A stretch of DNA of 63,999 nt, counting the filler, from Basidiobolus ranarum (Eukaryota): NCBI GenBank assembly GCA_040143965.1. It is 8 parts of 8 records of this genome, joined end to end, with 100 filler letters (N's around TTAATTAATTAA, not from the genome) between each part and the next. Parts side by side here need not be neighbours in the genome. Positions count along the whole stretch, not along the records: positions 8,051 to 15,998 come from JASJQH010001044.1; positions 16,099 to 24,044 come from JASJQH010001045.1; positions 24,145 to 32,078 come from JASJQH010001046.1; 5 more parts are not named here. One strand, written 5' to 3'. The notes under the pieces were generated by a model that did not search any database, had not been told where the DNA came from, and saw only the letters and a program-made list of their open reading frames with translations. This document shows, in pieces, positions 14,515 to 25,286 of this stretch; position 1 is the stretch's first letter, and each line of letters starts with the position of its first letter. The position numbers and the translations under genes were made by a program.

Positions 14515-15234
14515 CTATTTTCGGTATTTCAGACCTTTGATCGCGTGATCTTTACGTACTGTTCGTTGTTTCTCTGCATACTTAATCCACTTCTGTAGAC
14601 TTTCATTATCCAGAAGCTTATCTAGAGTATTGAATTCTATAGCAAGTACCTCGTTGGTAATCAACCGGTGGATAGCGGAATGGCAAGGACGGCAAATTGT
14701 TATCCCCTCACCAAGTTGTTCTTTAGAAAATATCTTCTTCTTCAACATTTGCCTGTGTGTAGCTTTGGGAACCAAGTGATGAAAGGTCAGTGGCATGCAT
14801 CGTGCACATAGTAAGCAGTGACCAGGTGGAATGAACTCTTCGTCCTCTTCGTCCTGGTCTAGTATTTCTTCCTTAAAACCTTCAGCCAAAAAGTCACTAT
14901 CCGACCATTTATCGACAATAGACTGACAAAAGTCCAAGCTTTGTTTCTCGTCGGAACATATTCCAAAGGATATCAGCTTTTCTGAGAGTAATTGATATAG
15001 AGTTTTGGAGCGGGTTTGAATTTCTTTTCTCTTAATTGTGGAGGGTAGGGCAACATCAGTAATTTCTACTTCTGTAGAAAAGAAAACGTTTGCTTCTAAA
15101 ACTTCCTTGGTGATGAAATCAAGGGTTTCATCGTCCAACTCAATCCCCTCTTCTATATCTAACATAAAGAGTGAATCCAGAACTATTCTACGTAGTCGGT
15201 CTGTATCTATTTTGTCCACGGCATTAGTAGTCAT
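14515..15234 (-). CDS. YisB-like / HNH-type Zn-binding domain protein, intronless
   Basis: CLLCAR..LTFHHLVPK...ICRPCHSAIH...LAIEFNTLDKLL after an acidic N-terminal region. Confidence 0.7.
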   Translation of the reverse strand: MTTNAVDKIDTDRLRRIVLDSLFMLDIEEGIELDDETLDFITKEVLEANVFFSTEVEITDVALPSTIKRKEIQTRSKTLYQLLSEKLISFGICSDEKQSLDFCQSIVDKWSDSDFLAEGFKEEILDQDEEDEEFIPPGHCLLCARCMPLTFHHLVPKATHRQMLKKKIFSKEQLGEGITICRPCHSAIHRLITNEVLAIEFNTLDKLLDNESLQKWIKYAEKQRTVRKDHAIKGLKYRK

Positions 15235-15853
15235 GAGTAATGATTAAAATAATATCTTGTTAACTGAGTGCCTTTCTGATTCATCGTTCACTTTCGTAAC
15301 TTTTTATAGTACAGCCAAGTGAAACTTATGTTGACTTGCTTTAAAATCCATTATGTTTGATAAAACCCTTTTCAACGTATCAAATGTCAAAATGCAACTG
15401 TGTTAATCACATATGAGCTACTTCATATTGCTGCGTAAATCACTCAAATCTTGGTTTACTGCGGTTGAAAGACAAAAATGTGTCAGTATAGGAAGATTGG
15501 TACCACCAGTAAACTGTATAATTTCAGTATCCTTTACTATAGAATTAGTTGTTATTCTTACCTCTTACGTACCCTTCGAGATCTTGGAAAATTATAGCAA
15601 ACTTGCAATTTTATATTACCGAATAAAATGCAATACGATATTATATTTTGTTGGGGAAATTTAATATTGCCAAAAACAATGTTACAGAATAATGACATCT
15701 ATTTGCATGCTTCATTCTCATGGTGTGCATAATCTAATTTACTACGGTAATCTGTACAAATAATATAATTTTATAGTTATTAACGATTTATTTTCATATT
15801 TATACAAAAATAAGAATATATGAGTATCTTGGGTAAATGCAACTGGAGATAAT

Positions 15854-15998
15854 TTAAACAATATAAGTGGAGCTGCTAACGTTTCCACCCTTTCCAGTCC
15901 AGGTAGTGTGGACATAGGAACCATGTTTCGCCAAGAGGTCTGAGGTAGGAGCACCGAAGTAATCACGTTGGGCTTGCAACAAGTTGGCGGGAAGGTGT
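15854..15998 (-). CDS. GND1: 6-phosphogluconate dehydrogenase, C-terminal fragment at contig end
   Basis: LPANLLQAQRDYFGAPTSDLL...HTTWTGKGGNVSSSTYIV*, in a frame not shown by the ORF track. Confidence 0.85.
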
Positions 15999-16098
15999 NN
16001 NNNNNNNNNNNNNNNNNNNNNNNNNNNNNNNNNNNNNNNNNNTTAATTAATTAANNNNNNNNNNNNNNNNNNNNNNNNNNNNNNNNNNNNNNNNNNNN
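15999..16098. other. Artificial contig linker
   Basis: Same N44-TTAATTAATTAA-N44 spacer. Confidence 0.98.
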
Positions 16099-16099
16099 G

Positions 16100-17773
16100 T
16101 CGGAGAATCCTTCTCCCAGGAGAGGCCTGTCAATCTCTTCTATACTTTCTTCCACTCCATCGGTCTCTTTGCCGCCACCTACACCGTACTCATCTCAATC
16201 CCCCCACACTACTAGCGTTCAGAACAATGCGCCATATGCTCATCATAATATGTCTCCTACCGCATCTCCTGTCGATAATTACTACAATGACTTTGAGGTT
16301 ACCCGAAAGCGCAAAGCCTCTTATAGCTATGAAGATGCCCACATGGATCAACGTATGAGAATCCGAAAGAAAATCGGGGATAAAATTTTACCTGGTATTG
16401 AAAAATACGGAAATAACCCTCGTACATTTTTATCCAATATGACCAGAATTACCTGCTGGCATGCATCTGTTGCCCAGAAATCGTATGGTACTGAGAAGCG
16501 CTTTCTTTGTCCTCCTCCGGTCGTGTCCATACATGGATCAAGCTCCGTCGAAAAACCTCAGCTAAGTATGTCTGTAATTTGCGAAGCTGGTGCTGGATCA
16601 GGTCAGCTCGAGCAGAAGGCCATGCTGGATGAAAATAATAGCGGCACATTCAAATATCTTCATGTTAGCGGCACTGCCAAAGCTAAGCAATTTGCACTGA
16701 AACTTAAGGTTTTCAACAACAAAAATCCCATTCCGCACGCTACGTTTGATTCAGCTCCTGTGTCCATCATTTCCAAACCTTCAAAGAAAACTTCCAAGAC
16801 ACGGAATGTCTCCTCCTGTATCTTTTCCGGATCCACAGTCTCTCTTTTTAACCGTATCAATTCACAGACTGTGCGCACCAAATATATGGGTATTGAATCT
16901 GGAATGCTCTGCGCCAAGAATTCAAGCTGGTCTGCCTTTTCAATCACTCTTGTTAATGCCGCCAGAAACGATACGAGTAGACCTTCTCTTAATTCACCCA
17001 TCACTTATGGGTCACAAATTATCATGACTGATACTGCTACCGGGTTTTGCTCGGACCCATTAATCATTCGCAAAGTAGAGAAGGGACAAATTGCACAGAA
17101 CGCGACAGGGCCTGTAAGCCAAATGCAAAAAGTTGCTTTACAAAAACTAGATGACACCGATTCTGGAGTGATGATGTATCTTTCTGCTTCTAGTTCTTCT
17201 AGTGATCAGCACGATGCCAATGGTGGATCAAACCCTTTCCTGTCTTACAAGAGAGCTAAAGTACAAGCCAATAGAGGTGAGCCAGTCGAGTCCTCAGGTC
17301 TTATTGAAGAAGTAGACGATTATCTTTCTTGGACAATTGTTGGCATATCCAAGTTTGAGTACACCTACCTGGAAACTCTTGGGCCTACCACTCGCCCCAT
17401 CACACCTTTCCCATCTTTGAGTAGCCCACCCATTTACAAACCGAATACAAATACTCTGGAACTCACAATCCGCCATTTCCATGCCCATGATCAACCACTA
17501 GAGGTTTGGCTTGGTAACCATGGGCCACTGGATATTCGTGTCATTTGGCCATCAGTAGGCTCAGTGGTTATGAAAGGGCATGAAACAGTGTTAGTGGCCC
17601 ATCTTCCCAAACACGAGGAATTATTTGGTTTAAACTACGGAGATGTTCAAGAGCAATTCATTGAACTCCCTCTCCTATTTGTACGCGACGATGGCCTTGT
17701 ATATAATGTATGCCAATCTCTCCGTTATGAACAAGAGCAATCCGGAAAACCCAAAAGTGTTCAAGTACTATAA
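16100..17773 (+). CDS. Fungal CSL (CBF1/Su(H)/LAG-1) transcription factor, probably Cbf11/F1 class; 5'-partial
   Basis: WHASVAQKSYGTEKRFLCPPP, ISKPSKK, VSLFNRINSQTVRTKY, VSQMQKVAL, WTIVGI (RHR-N, BTD and RHR-C motifs). The frame is open back to the contig start at 16100. Confidence 0.92.
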   Translation, partial: SENPSPRRGLSISSILSSTPSVSLPPPTPYSSQSPHTTSVQNNAPYAHHNMSPTASPVDNYYNDFEVTRKRKASYSYEDAHMDQRMRIRKKIGDKILPGIEKYGNNPRTFLSNMTRITCWHASVAQKSYGTEKRFLCPPPVVSIHGSSSVEKPQLSMSVICEAGAGSGQLEQKAMLDENNSGTFKYLHVSGTAKAKQFALKLKVFNNKNPIPHATFDSAPVSIISKPSKKTSKTRNVSSCIFSGSTVSLFNRINSQTVRTKYMGIESGMLCAKNSSWSAFSITLVNAARNDTSRPSLNSPITYGSQIIMTDTATGFCSDPLIIRKVEKGQIAQNATGPVSQMQKVALQKLDDTDSGVMMYLSASSSSSDQHDANGGSNPFLSYKRAKVQANRGEPVESSGLIEEVDDYLSWTIVGISKFEYTYLETLGPTTRPITPFPSLSSPPIYKPNTNTLELTIRHFHAHDQPLEVWLGNHGPLDIRVIWPSVGSVVMKGHETVLVAHLPKHEELFGLNYGDVQEQFIELPLLFVRDDGLVYNVCQSLRYEQEQSGKPKSVQVL

Positions 17774-20700
17774 TTTACCACTAACGGAATATTTAGTATA
17801 CGAGATCTTTATGAAATTTCAGCATCCAAAACTTCAAATAGGAAGTTGAGGAGCCATCCCCTCTGTACAGCAGCTCTGTCTATTTTTTTTTCACTTTTGT
17901 TTTATCTCCTTATTACACGATCTTGTGACGATTTTTTTGTATGATTATTTTCATGTGACTAGTAGTTAGATTTGCTTTATCATTACAATAATACGAACAC
18001 TATGCCTAAGACATTCAATTTCTTCAGCTTTTAGCGCAGCCACGAGGTGGTTTAAAAAGGGGAGTTGCCGTATACTTTAATTATTAGAAGATCCAGAATA
18101 CTATCCTATCCAAAAATTAAACAGCTCAGCCAATGCTCACACTACCCTTGAAAATGAATCCGATGAGTACGATTGATCTGGCGTATTGTGGCCAGTATCA
18201 ACATATGAATTATCAATGGAGCAGATTAACCGTCTCGGACATAATGCTTGGTTATTCAGCCATCCAACTATGTTGAGTAAGGTATCGAAGCAGGTATATG
18301 TTCTCACCGCTTAGATCGTTACCTCGTGCCTGAATCCCATGATTGTTTTGGAAAGGATATTTGTTATTGGTCTTGGTAGATCGAGTCATCATGAACATGT
18401 TACACGCATAAATTCCTACTTTGTGTTTTAGTCGATTCCGACATAGAAATGACATCAATGTGCATATGTATAGGCGTAGAAAGCCCAAGGAAATATAGAG
18501 AATGAGTTGATGTAGACCAAGTGGGTCATCATTATTATAGGAGAATCTAACTGGATAGAAAGCGGAGATAATGTATTGATAAGTACCACTTCCAGAAGGA
18601 GTAGAAATACTGAGAAGATGAAATGTCGAAAGAACATTCACAAATACCGGTTGTAAATATGAGGGAAACTGTACTTCTTGTGTTACATCACCGTCTAAAT
18701 GGGTGGAAATACTCGATTGATGGCACGAGTTAAGACAAAAAATCCACCTTCCTACTTTTATTATTCGTTCACACGTACCAACCAGACACTGGAGCTGTTG
18801 TGTGGAAAGCGATACACCACTTGCTGATTTGATCTACGCTAAATGATACTTGCGATCCCATGGAGAGTTAAGGGATCTGGCGAAAATTAAGTAGAAGCCA
18901 TTGGCTTTGTAAACCTTAAATATATTGCATAAAGAGGGGCAGTATAGTCACGATGCTACCAGCCAAACATTAGCTCATCGATGCTGCATGTATTTTTACA
19001 AGTGGCCAACGGAGCTCCTCATTGGGCCACCTTGCACCTTACTTCTCACAAAGGCTCATCACGCTCTCGACTTAGGTCAGCATGGTCGATAGCCGGCCTA
19101 TCCTTACTAGCAGTGAGGTCATGAACAGGATTAGCGAACTAATGGCACGGAGATGAAGATTAGTGTATAATGAATTCCACCATGTGAATCACTTAACAAT
19201 GGTATTTAATTTAAACGTCAACTCAGCGCTATGCATCCTTTAATAACGTGATGCCGGAGACCTTCCATATTGGGCATGCAGAGTCCATTCTTCATCAGGT
19301 GGCTCATGATTCATCATTGGTCGAACTTGCTAACAGGTCAGGCAGATGGAGATGAGAATGGCCATTATCGGTTGGGGATTGTGGGAATATTTGGGTTGGA
19401 CTTTCTTTTGCTCCTGTATTGCGCACATTATACATCCGTAAGGATCGAAGAGCCGCGGCGAATTCCGGAGATCACGGCATGATATGTATAAGCAGAGTTG
19501 TTTAAACATTAGTATGAATTTGGTTCAACGTGCATCTGTCCAAACTCGTCCTCTCCCAGTGAAAAAAGGAAGGTGGATTCGATTTTTGTCACCAGACGCC
19601 CCGAAATATTTCGAAGGGTGGGAAAATTGCATCGGGTCCAGAATCTTTGTAATAATGTGAAAATTTTATCCACATACTAGGAACGGTGGAATGTGATCAC
19701 TCTGCCAGCCTTCTCTTAATCTAGAAATCTACGATGAATTTCTCACGAAACACGATATTATTTCCCTTATGGTAAGCATACATCTAGCCTATTAGCTGAA
19801 TTGGTCTTTGCTCAACTTCTTTCCGAAATCTTGATGGGTTCTTGAGCGCTCCATCGAGCAGTTTGGATTAGGGAATAACTTGCTTCGCATGGATTATTTC
19901 TGGCTGACTACCCCAAAATATAGTGTATTTTCTCACTCTTCTGCTGCAAGACCTAATATCTGGGTCCTTGGATTTGTACTTTCCAAACCATGTCTCGTAC
20001 GAGGAGAGATTTCATGTGAAGAAGGTTAGGACATGTATGTAAGGAGGATGCTGATGTTTTCTCATCCTAGGTGGGTGAACTACACCATTTCGTCGTTGGC
20101 AAGATTCACACGATGTGATTTTCATCGACTACCCGCCTAACTTCTTAGTCATTGTTTGGGTTGACATGTCACATGAATGGGTTAGTAAAAATCCCTTTGG
20201 TCATCAGATTGTCAAATGGATTGCTCTTTTGACTGGGTAGCATTAGGTCATGTTCTACCATAGTGTATGGGAAAGTCTCGTCAATTTGCTCAAGTTCGTT
20301 ACTACAGGTTTGATTTGATTTGCCGGTTCTAGTCACCTAATTCCAAGTCCAGTTGGATGGTACGGTTCATCTTGCTTATATAAAATTCCTCACGTTTCTT
20401 TCCTAAGTCCAATCTAGTTATTGGTGATATACGAGGTGAGTTCGGTGCACAATGGTTGCGCAGTACATATACGGACATTCCCTAAGCTACCATAGCAACA
20501 TGCTTTGATATGGAATCGTACTGGAGAAACTCCATACAAGTCAAGAGATTCTTATTTGGAAGTATCAGCTTGTGTAAAGTGATCCATTTAGTAAGACCTA
20601 TATATATATATCACGTAATAACACCATCCACACCTCCAGAGATTCTAGATCCTTTAACAAAGGCTAATGAAAAACATCGATATCCTTACATCCTAAGGCT

Positions 20701-22971
20701 AGAGATACGGCAACTTGTTTCAAAGTGTTCATTTACTTCAAGTGAAGGCCAAGGGAGAGAGGTATCAGGTGACATACAGCCATACTGATCCTAAGGAAGT
20801 TGAGTCAAATGAAATTGAAAATGGAATAATGGGTTGTTGTATTACATGGTCGGATTCTTCAGTGATACACCAGTAAATGAGAAAGTGGAACCCAAACTGA
20901 TGCGTGACTTGGGAGCCAAGCTGGGAAGCTCACGGATTCATGACCATGTGAGTCAATCAATCAGAAGATTTGTATCTCCTTCCTTGAGGTCATTCATGCA
21001 ATCAATCCATAAAGGCCCATTCAAATGCAAATGGTAGAAGGTGAGTATTCTTCATACTGGGTTTGAGTAACAAAGCGGGTGTGTTCATCCATAGCGTGGG
21101 GAAATCACCAGTCTAGGTTCAGACCTTTTGTTTGAACGAATAAACAACCGGATCATGACTTCGTCGTAAGGAGGGTATCAGTCGGTATCCTGTTGAGTCT
21201 ATATTTCATCATACATATGTCGATCTATCACTTAATGACTCTTACCTTGCATGCACCATACCAGCGCCCAACTGAACATGTCTTTCTATTAATGTCTGAA
21301 AGATATTTCATATGCAACCGTAAGCACGAGACAGATTGCATCCCAAGAGGATGAGGATTATCAGCCAATGAATACCCACATATACCCACGGTAATAGAAA
21401 TTTTCAGATGGAAATTATTTGGCATTACTATATGCGAATACGAGAGATTCAACACAATGGGACGAAGGATTCCAAATAGGCACTATCCAGTAGTCAGTGT
21501 TTAAATCAGTATAGGGCTAATTGCATATATATATGGCCAAAGGAGTACCGGAAATTTCGGTGTAATGTGCAATCTAGATCCCACTTTCACCTGGTCTAAC
21601 TCGAACCACTCGTTAGAATGACATCGTTGTATGTGATCCCAACCGTTCCCACATATTGGTGATTTTATTTAGTGAAGGGCAGTTGGTGTTTTCAGCATGA
21701 CCCATTCGCATTCGCGTAAACCGGTTGACTAGGGGCCAATAGATAGTACCTGACTCCATTCCATTCTTAGCGTCCTTACAATCTATGGAATGGTAAATAG
21801 ACAGTAATGCTTCATTATGCAATCTTTAGATTGTTCTGAATATTCAACTGGCTTTTCTTGAATTTATCGTCTAGCATGGGTACCTGTAGAGGTGGCAGAC
21901 TGCGCCTAGTTTCAATGAATTAAGAGAATATATACATATAGCTACTATATTAACAATATGCTTGAAGTTCAATATATTTCCTACTTTGTTCGATATAAAA
22001 TTAGCAATATTCGGTGCGGAAATCTATTTGTATTGGCGACAGTCATACACCGCAATCGTGATACCGGCGTTGAAATATTGTATGTGTATATGCTTCTAGC
22101 TTATAAGATATATGGTACAGATGCTAACCTGGGATCGGAACTTACATACTAGATGCATATTGCCACTGTCAAATTCAAATCACTCCTCCAATTGAGTACT
22201 TTTTATCATTTGCCACTCAATACGTAATATAAGCGCATAGGTGCTCTTGATATCTAAAATGTTGACCTATTTAAATGCAATAATATCGATTCAATGTGAT
22301 ATGACTCATCATTAATCATATTATGTTATCATGGCTGATATCAGAACTATAGTAGATGAAAACATATTCCAGTAACTAAGCTGACTTATAATAAGAAACC
22401 CCTGGATTATTCATGAAGTTTGCATTTCTCTAGGAAATTATGAAATGAAAAGTGTAGTATTATTTTAAGAAATGAGCCTCTCTCAGATTGGAATTATTCC
22501 ATGTCATACTATTACCATAACCAAGCTTCAATTTTCACAATATCCGTTTTTGAGGAAAAACCATAAAGCGAAATTATAATCTTTGAGATAACTTTAAGGT
22601 ACTAGAGTCATATAGAAGAATCACATTACAAATGACATGTTATGGTAACTGTTGAAATATTAGAGTTAAGCACCTAGCTACTCATACATCTTGTTTAGTA
22701 TGGTAAATATTTTGTAAGTCAATATCGTCACCTCTATTTTGGATAGAAATTTTTCAAACTTCAATCCCAACTTCCTGAACACCTGAGAAATGCATTTGTG
22801 TCATGGTATGTTTGGTTTCTAACATAAGCATAAATACCTATTTCCAATTCAACGAATCAATAAGTGCAAATCATATATTTCTTCTAATTGTCCTACACTT
22901 CTGATTCATCGCAATTACTCACAACAGTTATCGAGCTATGCTCTATGGGATAAACAATTGGGGGAAACTGA

Positions 22972-24044
22972 TGAAATTAGCATTGCCTAAACACACATAG
23001 TTATATATAGCTTAGTATTTAGTTATCCTATATTGAACAACGATATCACCCATTATTCGATATTGGAGTTTACTTAGAAGTTTGAAGATATATGGATTTT
23101 TAAACTTGCACTAGAAGCCCCAAACTTCGCACACATGTTTCTGGGACCTTTCTTAACATATTCTACACGTTAGTATATCTACATAGTGACAAAACTACAA
23201 ACATCTACTGAATACTTAACAAATCAATAAGTGAAACCACCAATTTCTCTATTTCTCCAAGCCACTTCCAACAGGCTCCCAAAATACTCTAACAGAAACT
23301 ACAAAGCAAAAATTAAATGAGTTAAATATAAATTATGGATCATCAGGTTCCTCCCAGTGAATTCTTTAAAGAGTAAGGGCAAATTTGCAGAATCCAATCA
23401 AATCAGCAAAGTGATATCTAATTTTACTTGTACTGATATTCTCATCTCACTAAAGTACTTGCCTTCCATATCTTTTTACCCTGGGTAGTTTACTAACTGA
23501 TAAATACTATTAGAACTCCTAAAAATCTCTTGAAGCATCAATAATTAATAGTCACATATATCAGCAAATGCTTCATGGTGGGCAGTAATTGTTATTGTTA
23601 AAATAAACATAACCTAAACATCTATAAAGTTATTCCATATTTCACTAAGATTTCACTCACTATTTGCAAGAGGAATTTACTCTCAAGCTTGAAGATACAT
23701 GGATTTTCAAACTGGTCCTAGAAGCCCCAAACTTTGCACACATGCTCCCTGGATCTTCCATAACACATTTTACACATTTGTTTGTCTACCTCTTGGTATT
23801 ATTGAAATTAGCATTGCCTAAACACCTATATAGTCATATATAGCTTAGTACTTAGCTATCTTACATTTCACTAAGATCTTACCCAATATTCTCACTTGGT
23901 ATTCACTTGGAATGTTTTTGCCAACTTAAAAATTCTCAGATGTATGGATTGTTTCAGACTTGTACTAGCAGCCCCAGACTTTGCACACATATTCCTGGGA
24001 CCTTTCTAAACATATGCTACATCTTCGTTTGCTTACTTCTTGAC
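22972..24044. repeat. Degenerate direct repeat, unit about 200-250 bp, three copies (about 22972-23170, 23636-23790, 23802-24044)
   Basis: Core ATGGATT..AAACT....CTAG(A/C)AGCCCCA(A/G)ACTT(C/T)GCACACAT at about 23093, 23699 and 23944. GAAATTAGCATTGCCTAAACAC...GCTTAGTA at about 22973 and 23804. Confidence 0.85.
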
Positions 24045-24144
24045 NNNNNNNNNNNNNNNNNNNNNNNNNNNNNNNNNNNNNNNNNNNNTTAATTAATTAA
24101 NNNNNNNNNNNNNNNNNNNNNNNNNNNNNNNNNNNNNNNNNNNN
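24045..24144. other. Artificial contig linker
   Basis: Same spacer. Confidence 0.98.
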
Positions 24145-24635
24145 ATCCATAATTGACATGAGATAAAATGCACCATAGCCATGGGAAGCGAAGGGAACAG
24201 AAGTATATGCATCAAGATAATCAATCCAATGAAGAGAAGGTCCTTCCTTTTCGGTACAGCCCCCAATCAGTAAGCTTACTTAATAGGGTTTCTATAATAT
24301 GATGGAGTGTGGGTTTAAAGGGTTAAACATAAGGTTAATTGGAAATTTACCTTGTTTCTCAAAGAATTCGCAAGTCCGCGTCTAGTGTATCTAGCAGCAG
24401 AGACAGGTGAAAGCTCAAAACCATTTCTGATGCCATAGAGTTGAATATTACACTGACTGAGCTCGGCAAACTGAGCCCTGTCACCTGGCTCACCACTATA
24501 AAGCAACAATATGTGGTTGTTCAGTTCCCTACTCTTTACTTCGTCAGTTTTCATGACAGTGATGGAACGAGCAGTAGAATTATCGCTCACAGTGACAACG
24601 AAATCCTTACCAATGAAACCAAAAAGGCACTCCAT
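24145..24635 (-). pseudogene. PRE1: Proteasome subunit beta4 (PSMB2/PRE1) copy with in-frame TAA at 24282-24280; 3'-truncated by contig end
   Basis: MECLFGFIGKDFV...SGEPGDRAQFAE...LANSLRNK|KPY*VSLLIGGCTEKEGPSLHWIDYL...VPFASHGYG. The stop replaces the Q of PYQVN. Other conserved sites are also altered (DEVK for DEDK, RRGLA for RRELA). Confidence 0.8.
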
Positions 24636-25286
24636 ATTTTATTATTGATGTTGTAGTAGTCTTGGTGAATATCAACTTGCTTCTTTGATGAACTAAATAC
24701 TTCCCAAGGGGATTGTTGGTAATCTAGTGGCTTATTTTGACTTAACGCATGCTCTCGACCAGAAACTTGATTATACAATATGCCTCCATATTATGTCGAG
24801 TTTCTGTAGTAATATACATCCATCATCCATCTATCTACACGTTACCCCTGTCACAGTATAGGCAAGATCTAGACTATGTTATGTTGACTTGTGATTTAGC
24901 TTGTATTTCTTGAGCAGTTCTCAATAAAATTCAAAAATAAAGTGACAAGCATAAGCTAGAAAAAGGCACACATTGATTAAAGATAGAGGAAACGTTGAAA
25001 ATGAATGAAGGTACCAAGACTATTATAGTTTTCTAATGGTTAGTGTATGCAATTCTTGGGTACAATATCTTCTAATCATTGCTTATACTTGTGGTCAATT
25101 ATTTATGCTTCATATGGCCCGCCTTTTCTTCATCTCAAGTGTCTGCTTGAATTTTGATTTCAATAACCAATTTTTATGAAATATTTTTTTATAATCTTTG
25201 ATAGGATTTTGATTTGATGAGTGCATTAATGATATATTTCCCGTTCGATATAATCTTTGAAGAGAATACCTTAAACTGTACAGCAC

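Noticed and set aside
15900-15998. Substituted GND1 motif (YFGAPTSD for YFGAHTYE; HTTW for HTNW)
   Set aside because: The changes cluster within about 100 bp of a contig end and are likely low-quality sequence.
19381-19624. Two GTGGGAA CSL-binding motifs near the CSL gene (autoregulation)
   Set aside because: They are 7-mers 1.6-1.9 kb downstream of the stop with no paired-site geometry; expected by chance.
23907-24092. ORF 23907-24092
   Set aside because: It runs through the repeat into the N linker; artefact.
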